A stretch of 64,000 nucleotides of DNA. Origin: Phoronis australis (taxonomy: Eukaryota > Animalia > Phoronida). The stretch covers positions 715,116 to 779,115 of the forward strand of contig NMRA01000092.1 of assembly GCA_002633005.1 (NCBI GenBank), written 5' to 3'. Positions within the stretch are counted from its first letter, which is position 1, and every line of letters begins with the position of its first letter. The notes beneath the pieces are model-generated. The model was not told the DNA's origin and searched no databases. It saw only the letters and a list, made by a program, of their open reading frames with translations. Made by a program: the position numbers and the translations under genes. Shown here one piece after another: positions 26,501-41,500 of the stretch.

Positions 26501-29500
26501 AGATCATGAACCTGCTTGATAAGCTCCTCCCCTTTGCCATGGCTGGCTCAGAGAGCTGCTTTGCTGTGGTCAGATCTGCCTTTATTGACACATCTGTATT
26601 GAATCTGCGCAATTGTCACCTGCGACTCCTCAAAATGTGCAGCCAGGTGCCTTCCCAGGCCTCCACCAGGGTGCTCTACCTGTCCCTTGCTACTGCAGCA
26701 TTCATCAGGAATCATCTGTTTCACTATGAACAAGTACTGGCTTTGGATGATGGGTAATACATTTGCATGTTTAACTTTGTGCAGTTTTGAAGAAACTCAC
26801 GTACCAGTGTTTACCCAATTAACATTGTTATACATTGTACCAGACTGTGCATTGTGTATCAGCCATTGTTTTCAGTTATGTTTTTTTCTACAGTTATGCT
26901 CTATATTCGTCTTCCTATTTCTTTTTGTCGTTTTGTTACAGCTAGATGTTGCAATCACATGAATTTTGATAACTTTTACTGTGACTGACTGATTTTCAAA
27001 TTCATTGGAAAAGCACTGTGTTATTCTGCACTGTCGGAAACGTTACCGTAAGGTCAATAGTCACTTACAAGGGTTCGAGAATTTGCGAACCATTTCATGC
27101 CTGTTATGTAGTTTAGAAATCTGGTTTCAAAAATGCAGGACCCCTGTAAGTAACTTCTACCGTAAGTAAATGTTATCTTATTCACCGCAGCAGCGATACT
27201 TCACTTCATCGTAATTTCTATTGCAGAAAGAAGCTCTTCAGTCTGTTGTACCGCCAGTTCTGTGAGTTGTCTGAGACCCTGTCTCAGCAAATTATCGACT
27301 TCCACAAGCTTACTTTATCTGCCAGTGTTCTCCGGGACGCTGAGAGTCACAATTGGACAGAGATGAAGGAGTTTCATGAGGTGAGCACTGAATACAATTA
27401 ACAGCAATGCTGTTTTGGTGCGAATTCTCTTTATGGCCCAGTCATGCGAGTCCTTTTGCGGATTTTTTCGGAATCTTGAAATTTTATGCACAAATGCAAA
27501 GTTGTGGAATTATTACATGTGCTTACATAATTTTTTGCAAAATATTTTATCCAGAATGATTGGCAGGAATGTGTCTTTTAAGCGAAATTAACCTTTGACA
27601 TTACTGGATCAGTTTTCAAAAACAAAATACGATAGGGTTTGGTTATACATGAAACAAGCAAGAAATCTCAACTTCACATTTGTCCAGTGCACATTCAATA
27701 GAGCACGTAAGCCAGCTGCATCACTAATAAGTCTTTGGATGAGTAAATTAATGTCCATTTACAAACAACCTTCCAGTGTTCTGAGCTAAATGGAATCAGA
27801 TGTCTAATGTATATATTAGAAACCAGATGTTGTATATGTGTATGCATGTGATGTTTGTGTTGTGTTCATGTTAAGCACTATGTAATATGTTTTCTCAACT
27901 ACTGTTTTGCCAGGGTGAGAGATGCTCATTTCCTGTGCAGATGTGGAACTACCACATGAGGGCGCTTCACTTTGACCTTTGGTCCACATGTGCCCCAAAG
28001 ATGGCGCAGAATGTCTTCTTGACTGTCCTTCAGCACTCCCTCCTGCTTCAAGTGCAACACTACGCTCAAGTGAAACCTTCCTTCCGACGCACTACTCAGT
28101 TTAGGTATGATCTTGATGGGGTTGTCGGATAAACTTTTGTGGACAATTACTGTACATTTTAGCGCCCCAAATTTCCATATTCCCGCTGCCATTATTTTCT
28201 GAAAATATCGTTGATAAAAATTTTTTTAGCTAAATCTGCATTCAAATGTTGGTATTCTGAACAAGTTCCACTTAATTGTTATCATGGCATTACTGACAGA
28301 TTTTTGCGTGTCACTAATTGATAAGATGCTAATTCTTAGCAGCTCTTCAAATGTCGCAGTTAACACGACACCGCTTATCTTCCAGTATTGACATCACCAC
28401 CATTCTACTGTGCACTAGTGAGCTGCTAGTCCCCGCCTCCAACTCCGTATCCAAGATGATTGACAGCTGTCCTGACCAGAAACTCCACTATGACATCCAC
28501 AATTCATGCTGCTCTCTGTTGGCAGCTTTAGCCATTGTTGGGTCTCCGCTGGACACATTATACAGGTATGCTTGTGCTGCTCAAATTCAGTGATCTAGAA
28601 CATTGTAAATTTTCCCACTTCCATAGTTCCTCTGTCACATAGTTTTGTTTGTAGTTAATGATATAAAGACGAAATATACAAGAACTGGTTTCTAATTTCA
28701 GACATAAATAGTGATATTTTCCATTTTTCAAATGGTTCTAGCCTTCCTGTGATTGGCTTCACTTTCTCACTACTTTGTCTAATGGTGGCCATGTTATAGA
28801 ACTTAAAAATGGTGCTACTTATTCTTTATGACAAAAATGAGAAAACAAAAGTTCAGTTGTCCGCCATATTGTGTCCTTAATTGATGAAATTTTACCGTAT
28901 CTCTGGAGGCTAAAGATTTTTTTAGTGCAGTTGAAGTGTAGTTCACTAATTGCTTGTCCATATTTAATGTGTCTGTCTGGAAATAACATTTTTCACTGTG
29001 ATCTTGATGTAATATGTATAATTAATTATCCAAGACAAGTCAAGAGTTGCAGTACTTGAGTCTGTCATTGACTCATTCTTAATTTTGTCATCAGAGTATG
29101 GCAGTGCTTAGGACATGGTCAAACCCATGCCCTTTCAACCTAAAACCTTTGACAGATATTTCTTGCATGTATAAATATGTGATTCAAAGTTAAGATAATT
29201 GTCAACCTTCAGTTGTCAAAAATGCAATATTCAAAGATAGTGAGTTATATGGGACAATTTCAAATGATTTCAGTTGTGGAAAGAGCTCTTGATTTTCAAT
29301 GGTTTTAGCAGTTTTGAACATTCAGATCTCTTTTTAATGAGTGGGTCAATTCATATTAAATTTTCCATACTTACTTTATGGTCTATGGATGAGGGAAGTG
29401 TTTCTCAGACTTGATTTTCCTCCAATTAATATCAACAACAGCAACAGCTGAGCTATTGGCTGTCAACATTGAAGACTTTGTTTTAAACAGTCAGGTATTT

Positions 29501-32500
29501 GATGGCTGATATCTCTGTTGATCAGGGTCAATAAAAGTCTGAGAAAGAATACACAAAGTCGGCTGTAAGTTTTTTTAGAAATTTATGTTCAAAGCAAAAA
29601 ATGACAATTTTCCCTAAAAATGACAGTTCTGTGATAATCATTATGAATGATTGTGTGACGTTTTAGGCATCTTATGGAATGAAAGTAATGAAAGGTAATT
29701 TATAAATCATCTTTTAAGTCAGCTTTGCTTTTTACTCCCTCTGTTGTTGATCCCCAGAGTTTACAAGAAAGGTTTCTACAAGAAAAGAATGAAGAGACCA
29801 GAACCTGATGAAGAGACACTAACAAAGGGTCATCACTCTCAATGGTTGTCATGGATACGACCTGCCGTCTTCAAGCCGAACCACAGACTGTGAGTAGCTG
29901 TTTCACTAAGTCACAGAACGTTTAAGTTGCAAGGCAGTTTGGGCATTATTTCTGTTAGAAATGTGTAGCTCCTTTGAGTCAGAGTATGTGACTATGCAGG
30001 ATCACTTTAAATGTCTTCATATGTAAATTACAGGTATGATGACATGCAGACCACTACTGCCCTCTATCTGCAGCTGAAGTTACTAGCTGCTCAACCTGAA
30101 CCTAATTGGCCTTTGCTAATGCAGGTACTGTATAAGTGTCACTGTACCACATCTGTCTTGATACGCCCTTGCAATAACAGTGTCACGTATCTGAAAAATA
30201 ATCTGGAAGGTTATTATATGGTCACGTTGGTGAAAAGATGTGTATTAAGACTTAAATATGTGGTATCAATATGTGGATGAATGTTATTAACCTTGGTTGC
30301 TGCGCCAAGTAAATATTTTTACACGGCCTTTTGCCTCCATGAAAATATTTTTTCGACGCAGCAACCTCAGCTAATAACATTCAGCCGTATGAAGACACAT
30401 GTACTTTAACATATATTTACTTAATGCTAGTTTTTTAGTCTCAACATTGGTGTAATTATATAAAATGAGGACACATTTTGTCAAAGGTCGTAAGTCTGGT
30501 TTATGGTAGCGAAACATTACATTATGTGACCGAACTTAGTTCATATTTAAGCATAATGCCTACTTTCATAAACCATGTTAATGAATTGTTTGCCTATAAA
30601 AATTCAAGATGCGACCATTTCAGCAAAGACCAGGTATATGACCTGTGACAAAATGAGACCCAGTAGAACTTTTGAGATTTTGTGCTGTGTTAACCAAGCC
30701 TGGGCAAAAATCTCCACCTTAAGGTCAGCTTTTCAGATTGCCTTTATTGGTGTTAAGTTTTGCATGCCATTCAGTATAACCGCACAAATACTTTTGAGTG
30801 AATCATTGTTCAGTGTATAGTCACTGCATCCATAACTTACTTCTAGCCAAACCATGGGATACCTTTCTGCTATGTCTCACATTCATTCACTGTCAATACT
30901 CAATCATGTGGACTGTGTACACATGAAATGATGACACGTCATCTTCCCTTTGCAGGCACTTCTGATGAAGGACTACACATTACCCATCATGATCCTTTCT
31001 CAACACCCAGAGCTGATCAGGCCACCTGAAGTGACAGCACCGCCATCTTGCGGCAAATTTGGTTGCCTTGGAGACGGTTGCCTCACCTCTAGCTGCTGCC
31101 AGTTGACCAGTCTGTTCCAGCCTTTCTTCCATGTGTTACTCAGGTGTACCCACTGTCCTGATGCTCTGTCCAAGGTGTTAGTGCCAGCAATAGACAGGTA
31201 AGGATGACAGATGAGGGCCCGAGATTCAAACTCAGATTGTAATAGATCACTTGTGGATTTCCAAAGTTAACAGAAAAGTGGGACAATTTGCCATCTTGTT
31301 GAGTAATCTCACACAAAGTCTGCAACCCAACACTTGGAAAATCAGCATGAGGTTTTGCAAACATCGCGTGAATTACCACTGTGTGGTTACAGGTTACCAC
31401 CTTAACGCCAGTGCAGTGGGACAAAATTCTATCTTGCAAAACATCTGTTGCAAACACTTGAGGTAGAGAGCATCGAAAGCATGTCCTCCAGTTCTTCCAC
31501 TCTCAAGTTCTTGAATTTTTGAAGACATTATGTAATTTCTTTCATCCATGGATATTTCGCATTATTGGCATTGTTTTTAAACAAATCGTTTGACTACTCC
31601 ACGACTCAGTAATCGCATGACCACTTGGCACATGATGGCCGCTAGTAATTGCTTTTAATGTACATGCACGCCATGTGTCAAAAGTATGTGGGACTGAACA
31701 TTTGTCTAACAAATACATCATCTCTATCCAATGACTCAGATTATTTCAGTGGGTCACTGCAACAGTAGAAATAGGTTACTAGGTTACAACGGAGAGTATT
31801 ATGTGATTGATAAGAATTGTGCTCCTGCAACGGTTGACAGTCTGCTAGCATGCTTATGATGTAAAAGAGCAATAAACCCTCTTGAGCTGTCAAAAAACAA
31901 CTTTTAATTTAGACCACAGGCTGTTATAAAGCCAGCCTCATCTTGTTTTATTGCTCCGGTTAGAAATAGTTTCTAAAGTAGAGAAGAACTAACAGGTTGT
32001 TATAGCTTCACACCAGCCTCTGGATGTTTGTTGGTCTAAATAGGTCACTTTCAGTTGTCAAGGCAACGGGAAATTCCAGGTGATTTGTTGTAACCAGTTT
32101 CAATTCAAACAAAGGAGAAAAACGTGGTGGCATTGCTATGGAAGAGCGAATATGGCCGTGATGAAAATTGATGTTGTTAACACCAGGGTTTGTTTCATGA
32201 AAAGTGACTTAAGACAGAAACTGGATGCTACGCTCCTCGTAAGTGAAGACCAAATGTCTGTCTTAAGTCAGAAGTCACTTTCATGAAACGGTCCCCAGAA
32301 AATGGTTGATAGTGGTTTAAAGTATGATTAAAAATGCTTTATAGCACATAGCACCAAATATCTTTATCTTAGTTGCTATTGATAGTGCTGTGAATTACTG
32401 CGGTCACTTACAAGGGCACTGGACTGTGAGAACCTAAATGCAGTCCTGACCCCTGTTAGTGATTATTACCGTTATTTGTTTCAGGTCAGGTGGGTGGGGC

Positions 32501-35500
32501 GTATTTGACCTGAATGGACGTGTAGGCCAGTCACAGCAGGTAGTGATTGAGAACAGACACTTGCTGTTCAGTCCAATTAGTTGCCTATGATATTGCATAA
32601 ACACTAAGCATGTTTGTCACTGTGGTCAATTTTGAGCAAATATTCTAGGTTGTATATTACATAAAAATCATGTGACCATGCTATCACACCTTATGCCGCT
32701 GGTCTCACACAACATTTTCAACACAGTGACTGCAATCAATTTTTACAAAATTTTTTTTTATTTTCTCTGTTTAGACGAGCGAGGACAAGGGTATGGTATT
32801 CCTTTGCCATACTTTAGAGTCGGTTTGTAGAGGATTTTGCTANATAAGAAAATCTCACTTGAGCAAATGTGCAAGGCCTCTGAGAATTTCCGCATAACTG
32901 CTAGTTACTGAGATAATTTCTATACATTATTTCTAGACTCTGATGTGTTTATTATTTCTTGGCTAAACCTTTATTTAGCAGTTGTGAATTGGGAACATAA
33001 GACCAAATGTCTGTCTTAAGTCAGAAGTCACTTTCATGAAACGGTCCCCAGAAAATGGTTGATAGTGATTTAAAGTATGATTAAAAATGCTTTATAGCAC
33101 ATAGCACCAAATATCTTTATCTTAGTTGCTATTGATAGTGCTGTGAATTACTGCGGTCACTTACAAGGGCACTGGACTGTGAGAGCCTAAATGCAGTCCT
33201 GACCCCTGTTAGTGATTATTACCGTTATTTGTTTCAGGTCAGGTGGGTGGGGCGTATTTGACCTGAATGGACGTGTAGGCCAGTCACAGCAGGTAGTGAT
33301 TGAGAACAGACACTTGCTGTTCAGTCCAATTAGTTGCCTATGATATTTCATCAACACTAAGCATGTTTGTCACTGTGGTCAATTTTGAGCAAATATTCTA
33401 GGTTGTATATTACATAAAAATCATGTGACCATGCTATCACACCTTATGCCGCTGGTCTCACACAACATTTTCAACACAGTGACTGCAATCAATTTTTACA
33501 AAATTTTTTTTTATTTTCTCTGTTTAGACGAGCGAGGACAAGGGTATGGTATTCCTTTGCCGTACTTTAGAGTCGGTTTGTAGAGGATTTTGCTAAAGTA
33601 AAACATACCTTTGAGCTGGGTTTTGATAAACAAAACATGTTAGAAAAGAGTATGTAGAATAGTCTGTACACATTTCTGAAGAATTGAGAGAGAGAGAGAG
33701 AGAGTGATTCACAAAATGTAGCTTTACATTGTTATTAAATCTTACCTTGTTGACCATTGATTTGTAAACTTGTCCAATTCTAATTTTTTTGAATAAATGC
33801 ATGTCTCGGAACAGTAATACAGATTTATTTCTTTTCGTGATATAGTTAAAATAATTAAATCAAACTTTTGAGTCCTCTTTCATTGTTTTGTGACTTGCAC
33901 TATTCCAGATTCCTTGTTGGCTAAATGCTATGTATGATAGCTTGACTCCATTTATCAACCGAGTGGTAGAACCAGCTGTTCACATGATTCTGCGTAGTCA
34001 AACGACCTCGTGCGAGGTTGACCCTCTTGTCGACTGGATGACCGAACTGCCGTGTGGATGTGACTTGGAAAGCAAGAATGAACCACGCTCGACGAGATCA
34101 CCAGGTAGTTTACATCACTTACAAGTGCCTTTAAGCTTGACACTTTACAAATAATAAACTGCGGAAATATTGTATAGCTAGGGTAGTGGGGTTAGTTTAA
34201 CAGTTGAGGAGAGTGATTACTGTAATCTTATACTTGTTTAGCACGCAATGTGGCCTTTTAGTGAAATTCTATTATGTCAATTTTTTTCACAAAAATAAGA
34301 ATTAAGAAAGCTTTAGTCTATAAGTAGCATAGTTTGTAATGTGTAGATATCATAAAGATGAAGTTTCATTATTTGTAGCTAAGTACTCGTCCTTTGAAAA
34401 ATGAAAAAACAAGACTGTTTTGGAAATTTTTTTGTGCAAGAGAAGAGGATAGTTATTGTTAATAAAAATTGATAATAAATTTGATCATCATTTAAAGTTA
34501 TGCAGTACATGTGCATGCAATGTCAGTAAAAATTGTTGTGCAGAAGGGGGACAACAAGCTGTATGCCCAAGGTCAGAGGTCAGCAACATAAAAATCTACA
34601 AGCAGACTTTACGTCGAACATCAGCTTGAGTCTTTTAGTTGGTCATCTTCGCCATGTTGCTATCAACTCTTCTGACATTTGCTGTTCATGACTTACAAAA
34701 TAAGTACTAAGTAAATAACGTCGTTAGCTGGATATCTTGTAGATTCCAAGCAGATTCTGAGTGCGGCAATTGAGCGCGTCATTGGTGGGGTAGCAGACGA
34801 GATTCACTGCGTGGTGGCGCCACTGTGCATGTTCTATCGAGTTGCTCAGCAAGTCCTCAAGGAGAAAAACATTCGCACTGGTCATAACTGTGTTGGGCTT
34901 CAGGTAAAGGGTGACCCTAAGATACGAACCCCAAAATTGATTCTTGTGATTAAAAGTCCGATCTTTCATAACCAAAAAATTTAAGACAGATTTGACAAAA
35001 TGGATTGATGTTAGATTAATAATAATTGAAACTTTTTGTGGTTCAGTTTTTTGTGTCTGCTTTAAGGCCTGTTTCCATTAGTATGAAATTTGTGATGCAT
35101 AATGCATTTAAATCTGTTTAGCAATACAATAAAATAGATGTTACCATTTGTCTGTAAAGCGTATATGCGTAATCCATACTATGTTTATTTGAAATGGATT
35201 GTGAAACCCATAATAGAGGGTATTACGTTTTCTTAACGTCAACGATGGGGGTTTTCCAATTGTAACTGCCAAGAAAGACGTTGCAATGGCTATTAAAAAG
35301 GTCAGATGGCAAAATAGCGGTTGCCTACTTTCTGTCCTTGGTAAAGGACATGCTTGTACTTTTCCAAAAGTAAACATCATCTTCATGTAGTAATTTTTGT
35401 TTCCTCATTGTCATCCACATACAACAAATTCTGCGCCCTGAAACTTTTTCAATTCGTTAATGCTCAATGTTTACTGGGTTCTCAGCAAGGTTGTGAACCC

Positions 35501-38500
35501 ATGAATTTATACGTGTTGAGTTGCATTTTAAAAAGAGCACCATGTGAATTTTCTTGAAAAAGGTATCATTTCATAAGGTTGTTATGGAAACATTAAAACC
35601 CTTTGGTTATCTCAGTGGATATATGCATCACACATGCATCACACATGCATCACACATGCATTACACATGCATTACACATGCATCACTCATGCATCACACA
35701 TGCATTACACATGCATCACACATGCATTACACATGCGTCACACATGCATTACACATGCATCACACATGCATTACACATGCATTACACATGCATCATGCAC
35801 TGGAGACAAGAGTTTCTGGTTGTTTAAGTTTTGATGTTTGTTTAACAGGTTAGTAGTTTGAATGGCACATTCGTATGAGAAGAACCAATGCCAAAATTTG
35901 AAACTTTACTTGGATAGACCAAGTATGTGCTTCTAGCTACTCGCTGCTGTTATGAAGAAAGCTGCTCATCCACTCATGAATGAAAGAAGGGTCACCCATG
36001 TTTTAAGAGGGGATCCAATTCTTACTTAATATCTTGTGTTTATAATTACTTCAGTCAAATGTTTAAGTTGAAGTGGTGTCACCTTTTGACACTTGTCACC
36101 TTGTAGATTCTTGCCGACTGTCTCCGCCTTCGACTGACCAATGAGAGCTATGTCTGTGACTTGATTGGCTCGCAACCTTGTCAATCAGTATTTGAGGACA
36201 TCAAACAGCTTGGGGAGTGTACCTATCACATACTAACTGCCAACTCACAAGGTAAAGTCACTGTAACTGTTGTGTAATGCTGACAGTTAGTTGCGTGTGC
36301 TTGAAGGAAATGTGATGTTTACAATATAGAGGCCTATTCCAAGAAACTCACGTATGTTCATTTGTTCTTTATATCAAAAATTGACATTATTTTGCTTGAC
36401 AGTAAAGCTGCTTAACTACGATTGTCTTAGGTTTCTGTCTTGCCTTTAAGTCGACTCTCACCTGGTCTTCAGTCGACCTTAAGTAAGGCTTCTTCTTTAA
36501 ACCCCTCACAAACTATTGTTCATTTTGTCCTCTGCAGCCAAATTGGTTCAATTGTACCTCCTAACACAGAGACTTCCACTTCTAGTATGTCGCTGTAATT
36601 TTCCACAGACAAGTCCTGGATGTATATTTCGAAAAAGGCATTTCATCAAAACCAAATGTCAAGTCCTAGTATTCACCAGCAAAGTTTACGAGATCAACCA
36701 TGGAAATTTTTAAGCTTGAGGGTATTTTCTGAAAATTTCGTTTGTATGCACATGCTAAGTATATATTTGGTTGGCTTGTCTGTGAAAAACTCTGGTAAAA
36801 CAGACTTAAGACAAATCTGAGAACTTAGGACAAACTTAAGATCTCTTTCTTGAAATGAACAGTGATAGGTTTTATCTGAAAACTGACCTAAGCTTAATGT
36901 CAATTTTTGCAAAGTTGGTTTTCTTGTAATGGGCCCCAGAGCTTTCAATCTACGTGTGTGTTTTGGCTTTGGCCTCCAGCTCAGTTGGAAGCGTCTCTGT
37001 TACTGCTTTGTGATTACATAATGTTTCAGTTTTATTTTTCGTGTCATTCCACGTGATGATTCATTGTAAAAGAACACCTATTTTTGTTGCTGTATAGACA
37101 TAAACTTTTGAATTATACTGATTGCCATGAAGCTGGTGTTAACATCTCTTTACATACAGTCGGGAGCTTTAGAAAACTGACAAAACTACTTGGGACGGAA
37201 TAAGTGGGATAGTGCAAATGACAGCATTTTGTGCCAGAACCAATACGGTTGTTCACATGTTAGTTCCATGAATAAACACTAGATGAAGTCGAATGGGAAT
37301 CAAATGAAACTTAAGGTACTATGTTTCTCACGCTGTTCTCAAACACTATTAGAAATTATTTTTAAAACGAATCACGTTTGCAAGAGGGGCTATCAAAAAC
37401 AGAATTCTCACAATTTTCATGAAAAAAATCAAAAGTTTCATACAATGAAATGAAAATGTTATAATTTTAGAAACGTAACAACGTTTTTGAGATTTTATCT
37501 TGAACAATTTGGAAATTTATTCATGTAATTGCTATGACTGTACCTTTTACTGAAAAGACAAAGTATAACGTCAAAAATCACAAATTGTACATGCTCTCTC
37601 CTATCAGAAAACACGTGCGTTTATTGACTGTGCAGACTTGTTGTTAAGGTCCTACATAACTTTAATTCCAGTTGTTTCTCATAGGTGTCAGCAGCGTAAG
37701 CTGAATTTCTGAAACACCAGCATTTGCAAACCTGTATTTAGTCCCTGGCCTCTCTGTGGCTGCGATGGGTGTGGTCAATGGTGCAGGGCCTGAAATCAAG
37801 TCTCAAAACTTAAGGATTCCAAATTATATTTGAGTTTACAGAAGTTGAAATTGGAATTCAAAGATTTTGGTCCACGCCCGTACAGAACTATGCTTGCATA
37901 ACATTGTTTTATTGCTCATTTCCCAGGAAGAAAAAAGAAAAAAGGTATTATTACGTAATCAGTTTAGCTGGTAGAGATCTTCGCTTCTTACCCTCTGCTT
38001 TGGTTTCATCATTTATTTTCTTTGCTTTAGACTAATTCAAATTGCAAATAGATCTGTAATAATTGCCTTCTCCCAATCTTGATTTGCATAGTAAGTTTTA
38101 GTGGAGGTATGGTACAGCATAGTCTTAGTTACCAGCTTGGTTTGCTGTAAGTGTATTTCACTAAAATTCTTTTCATTGTTTCTTTATACAAAGTGACACC
38201 CAAAATTCTCTCGTGGTTGTGAAAGAGCAGACTCACATGGCAGGTCAAGAACCATTTTGCGACAAGGCGACGACATGTTGAAATAGGGTGTCTCGCTATT
38301 TAAATGGCATTTTGGTGCACTACAGTCAGTGCAATTCGGATGGTAGAAATTTGAGAAACTGGGGTTTCAAAGGTTTTATTTTAAATTCTGTGCAATCATT
38401 ATGCTGTCAAATTGCTACTAACAGTGTTGTGTGGCAGGATGTTCCAATGACTCGCACAAAAAGCTGATGGCAAAATGCCAAATAGAAGGTGCAATTACAA

Positions 38501-41500
38501 CTCACTTTTGTCTCGTCCATCAGAATTTGAAATTGGATCAACTGGACATCTCTTTCGTGATCTCAGAGTGCTTAAATCTCCATTTCTCCCTGGCTCTGCT
38601 GTAATTGTTAAATTCTTAACCGAAGTGCTTTGGGGCTCATCCTATCTTGAATTGTTGCCGAATGAGTGCGCCATTTTCGAATTTGTGATTTTAGGGTGGA
38701 CAAACCGCAGTAAATACTGAAACATTCCCGTGAGCTGCTGATGGCTTCAATGTTCTTGTTGATAATTGAAATAGAATCCTATCTTTGTTAGGAATGTTAT
38801 ACCAATTTTATGACAGTAAAAGACGCGACTCGTTTTTCGTTTTTTAACCAGCTAAACCGGGCGAAATGAAGCTTTAAGCGTTGTATGTCTGATGTTTGCT
38901 GTGCAATATGTAGGTACAGCTGCTTTAAGTTGGCAGTTCTAATAGTTCTGTGGAGTTCTAACCGCGTTGTTGTCATTAAACAACTAAGTAATTAATCACC
39001 AATTACAGTCAAGAATGTGAGGGGTGAAGTCCCAATCAATTTGCTTTCAACAATTTTTGTTGTAAAAAATACCTTGTGAACTCGAAATAAGGTTTCCTCA
39101 TTATTCACAACCTAAAATACAAATTACGAGCCTGGTTGCTCTGCCTCACAAAATATGCCTCAAACCAGTCCATCTCCAAATCCACCATTTAGGAGATAAT
39201 CTTGTTACAAAATGAACTGAGAATTAAGTGCCTTGGGTGTTTTCTCAAACTTTCTAAGGTTGGACCACTTGATGTCCATCTCTTCTGTCAATGTTCACTT
39301 TGATGGTTTAGACTCATAGACAAGTATCAGCACAAGACCATTTATTGGAGTAAATAATCGACTCATTTCAAGATGTTCTTGTTTAGGCCTTATTAACAAC
39401 TTGCGAGTATGAAGTTCCTCTTTGCTTGTTAATGTTTTGCTCTTAACTGAGATGGAATTTCTTGGTGTGGGAAGAAGAGATAAACTGCTGACGACTGAAC
39501 TTACTTGACAGGTTGTCATTTTATAGAATGAAAACAATATGGCTGCCAGTCAAATGGAAAGTCATTGTCTGAACACCAAAAAGAGTGCATGTGGTCAGTG
39601 TGCGGTTGTGTGAAACAGTTACCAGAAGGGACTTGACCATGTTCCCTAAATCTACTGCGTATTTGTGGACTTGTGAAAATAATGACTGCCTTTTATTATG
39701 TTGTTTTAGTTTCATTACTATGTCACATTTTGGTTTTGATGCAAATCGAGAGTGACTTCTCAATATTACTGAAAATAAGTAGGGATCTTTTCATGCAATG
39801 CCCCTAATTTAAGGTCTAGGCCCCTAATTTTTCACTGAACTAAGGGGTCGTTTTAGTTATATTACTATAAAGTGTCATTAGTCAAAGAGGAGCTCATAAT
39901 AAAGATAAAATGACAGAAAATATTACATCTGTGAGTAAATAATGACACAAATATGCAAAAGGTTTAGGAAACCTGTTTGAGTGCCCATTTGGGACCATTT
40001 TAGTGCTACTGGGTACTGGTTCCTGTAGCAGTGCATGAAATGTGTGCATGGAGTGCCTGACCACTAGGAGTCGCTTGTTAGTGTGTACCACCTTTAAACC
40101 AACCCCAAGGACTTTGGAGAGGGAGACATGTTTTTAGTGGTTTCTACTTCCTAGCTATGCTAATGTATAGCAGGAACTAAACGACGATGCTATTTGAACA
40201 TCATCTACGCTATACAAAGTGGAGTTGTATTCATTGACAACTTGTAAATGTGAAAACAAAATTCTGCAAATAGGTGACCTTTGCACTAATGACATACCTT
40301 GGGGGCTCACATAGCCCACATCATGCAGTGTTATTCCCGAACACCAGGTCACGATACTTTCTGGACACGGTTGAGCGATTTACGGCAGATAATTTTCAGC
40401 ACAAAACTATCTTAAAATCATTTGGCATTTTTCAATGTACTTCATATTCACATCATCGCTTTGTGTTGTGTTTCTAACTAATTTGACCAAACAATCACTA
40501 AGTTCCACTTTAAGGGTTGTCATACACTTACCTTATGTTCAATATATAAAGATGTTAAGTTCTAAAAAGATGTAAAAAGGTGATTGGTTAACTTAAAAGT
40601 ATTGCTTTATCCTTTGCTCTAGTGGTTAAAAATTGCGTTACACTTTCCAATGTTTTAAAACTGTTTCTAGACTATTGTTAAAAGTTGTTATTGCCAAATA
40701 TGGGTTTATTTGAACACTCCTTATTATATATTTTTTAAATTCAATGATGAATTTATATGATGCAATTAATTAATTAAACCTTATTTCTTTCATTTGATTT
40801 ATGCCTTTTGTTTATCCACCAATTTCAGTTTTCAGTTCATGCACTCAGCAGTAGATAGGTCATCATTGCACGTGTATGGCACGATTTAATTGGCAGTCAA
40901 TGAACACCTTTTAAAGTGGCTTTTTGATTAATTGTTGACCTGTGCTTGACCAGTTACCTCTGTCTTCGTATGCCGTTATGTGAACAACAATGCAATGTCT
41001 CAATATTTTTTATAGTGAACCAATCTTTGCCTCAGCCAGTACTGTTAAAATGCTCCCCTAAAACCTTAGGTATTGCAGTGAAATCTCATTGATTTAGGAC
41101 ACAATGCGGGCATTGGTGCACAAGTGAAATTTTGTTTCACCATTTTTTTCCTAACTGATAAGCGGAATCAAAGTTATGTTTTATTGTTTTCAAGAGTTAC
41201 TATCAGGTTACGGTATGTTTTGAAAAATTGTGAGCTTCAAAACAATATTAGAAGCCTTTGGAAATATCAGAATGGCTGTTATGGCTGCAATGTTTTTGTC
41301 AGAAATTTTACCAGAGTCAGGAAATTGATTTTTTTAAAATCTGTCAGCTCATGGAATTGTCAGTTACATACCTTGGTGAATGATTCCAGGGGATCATTAT
41401 CATTTTTATGCGCCCACATATTTATATGTGGACGCATTATGCCGTCATCTCCGTCCGTCCGTCCGTCCGTCCGTCCGGGCGGCGTCCGGCGTCTGGCGTC

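Noticed and set aside
35554-35853. His/Cys/Thr-rich ORFs in three frames
   Set aside because: They are translations of an 11-bp minisatellite in an intron.
37160-37315. Possible extra KIAA0825-like exon (also 38194-38266)
   Set aside because: In-frame stops in the required phase.
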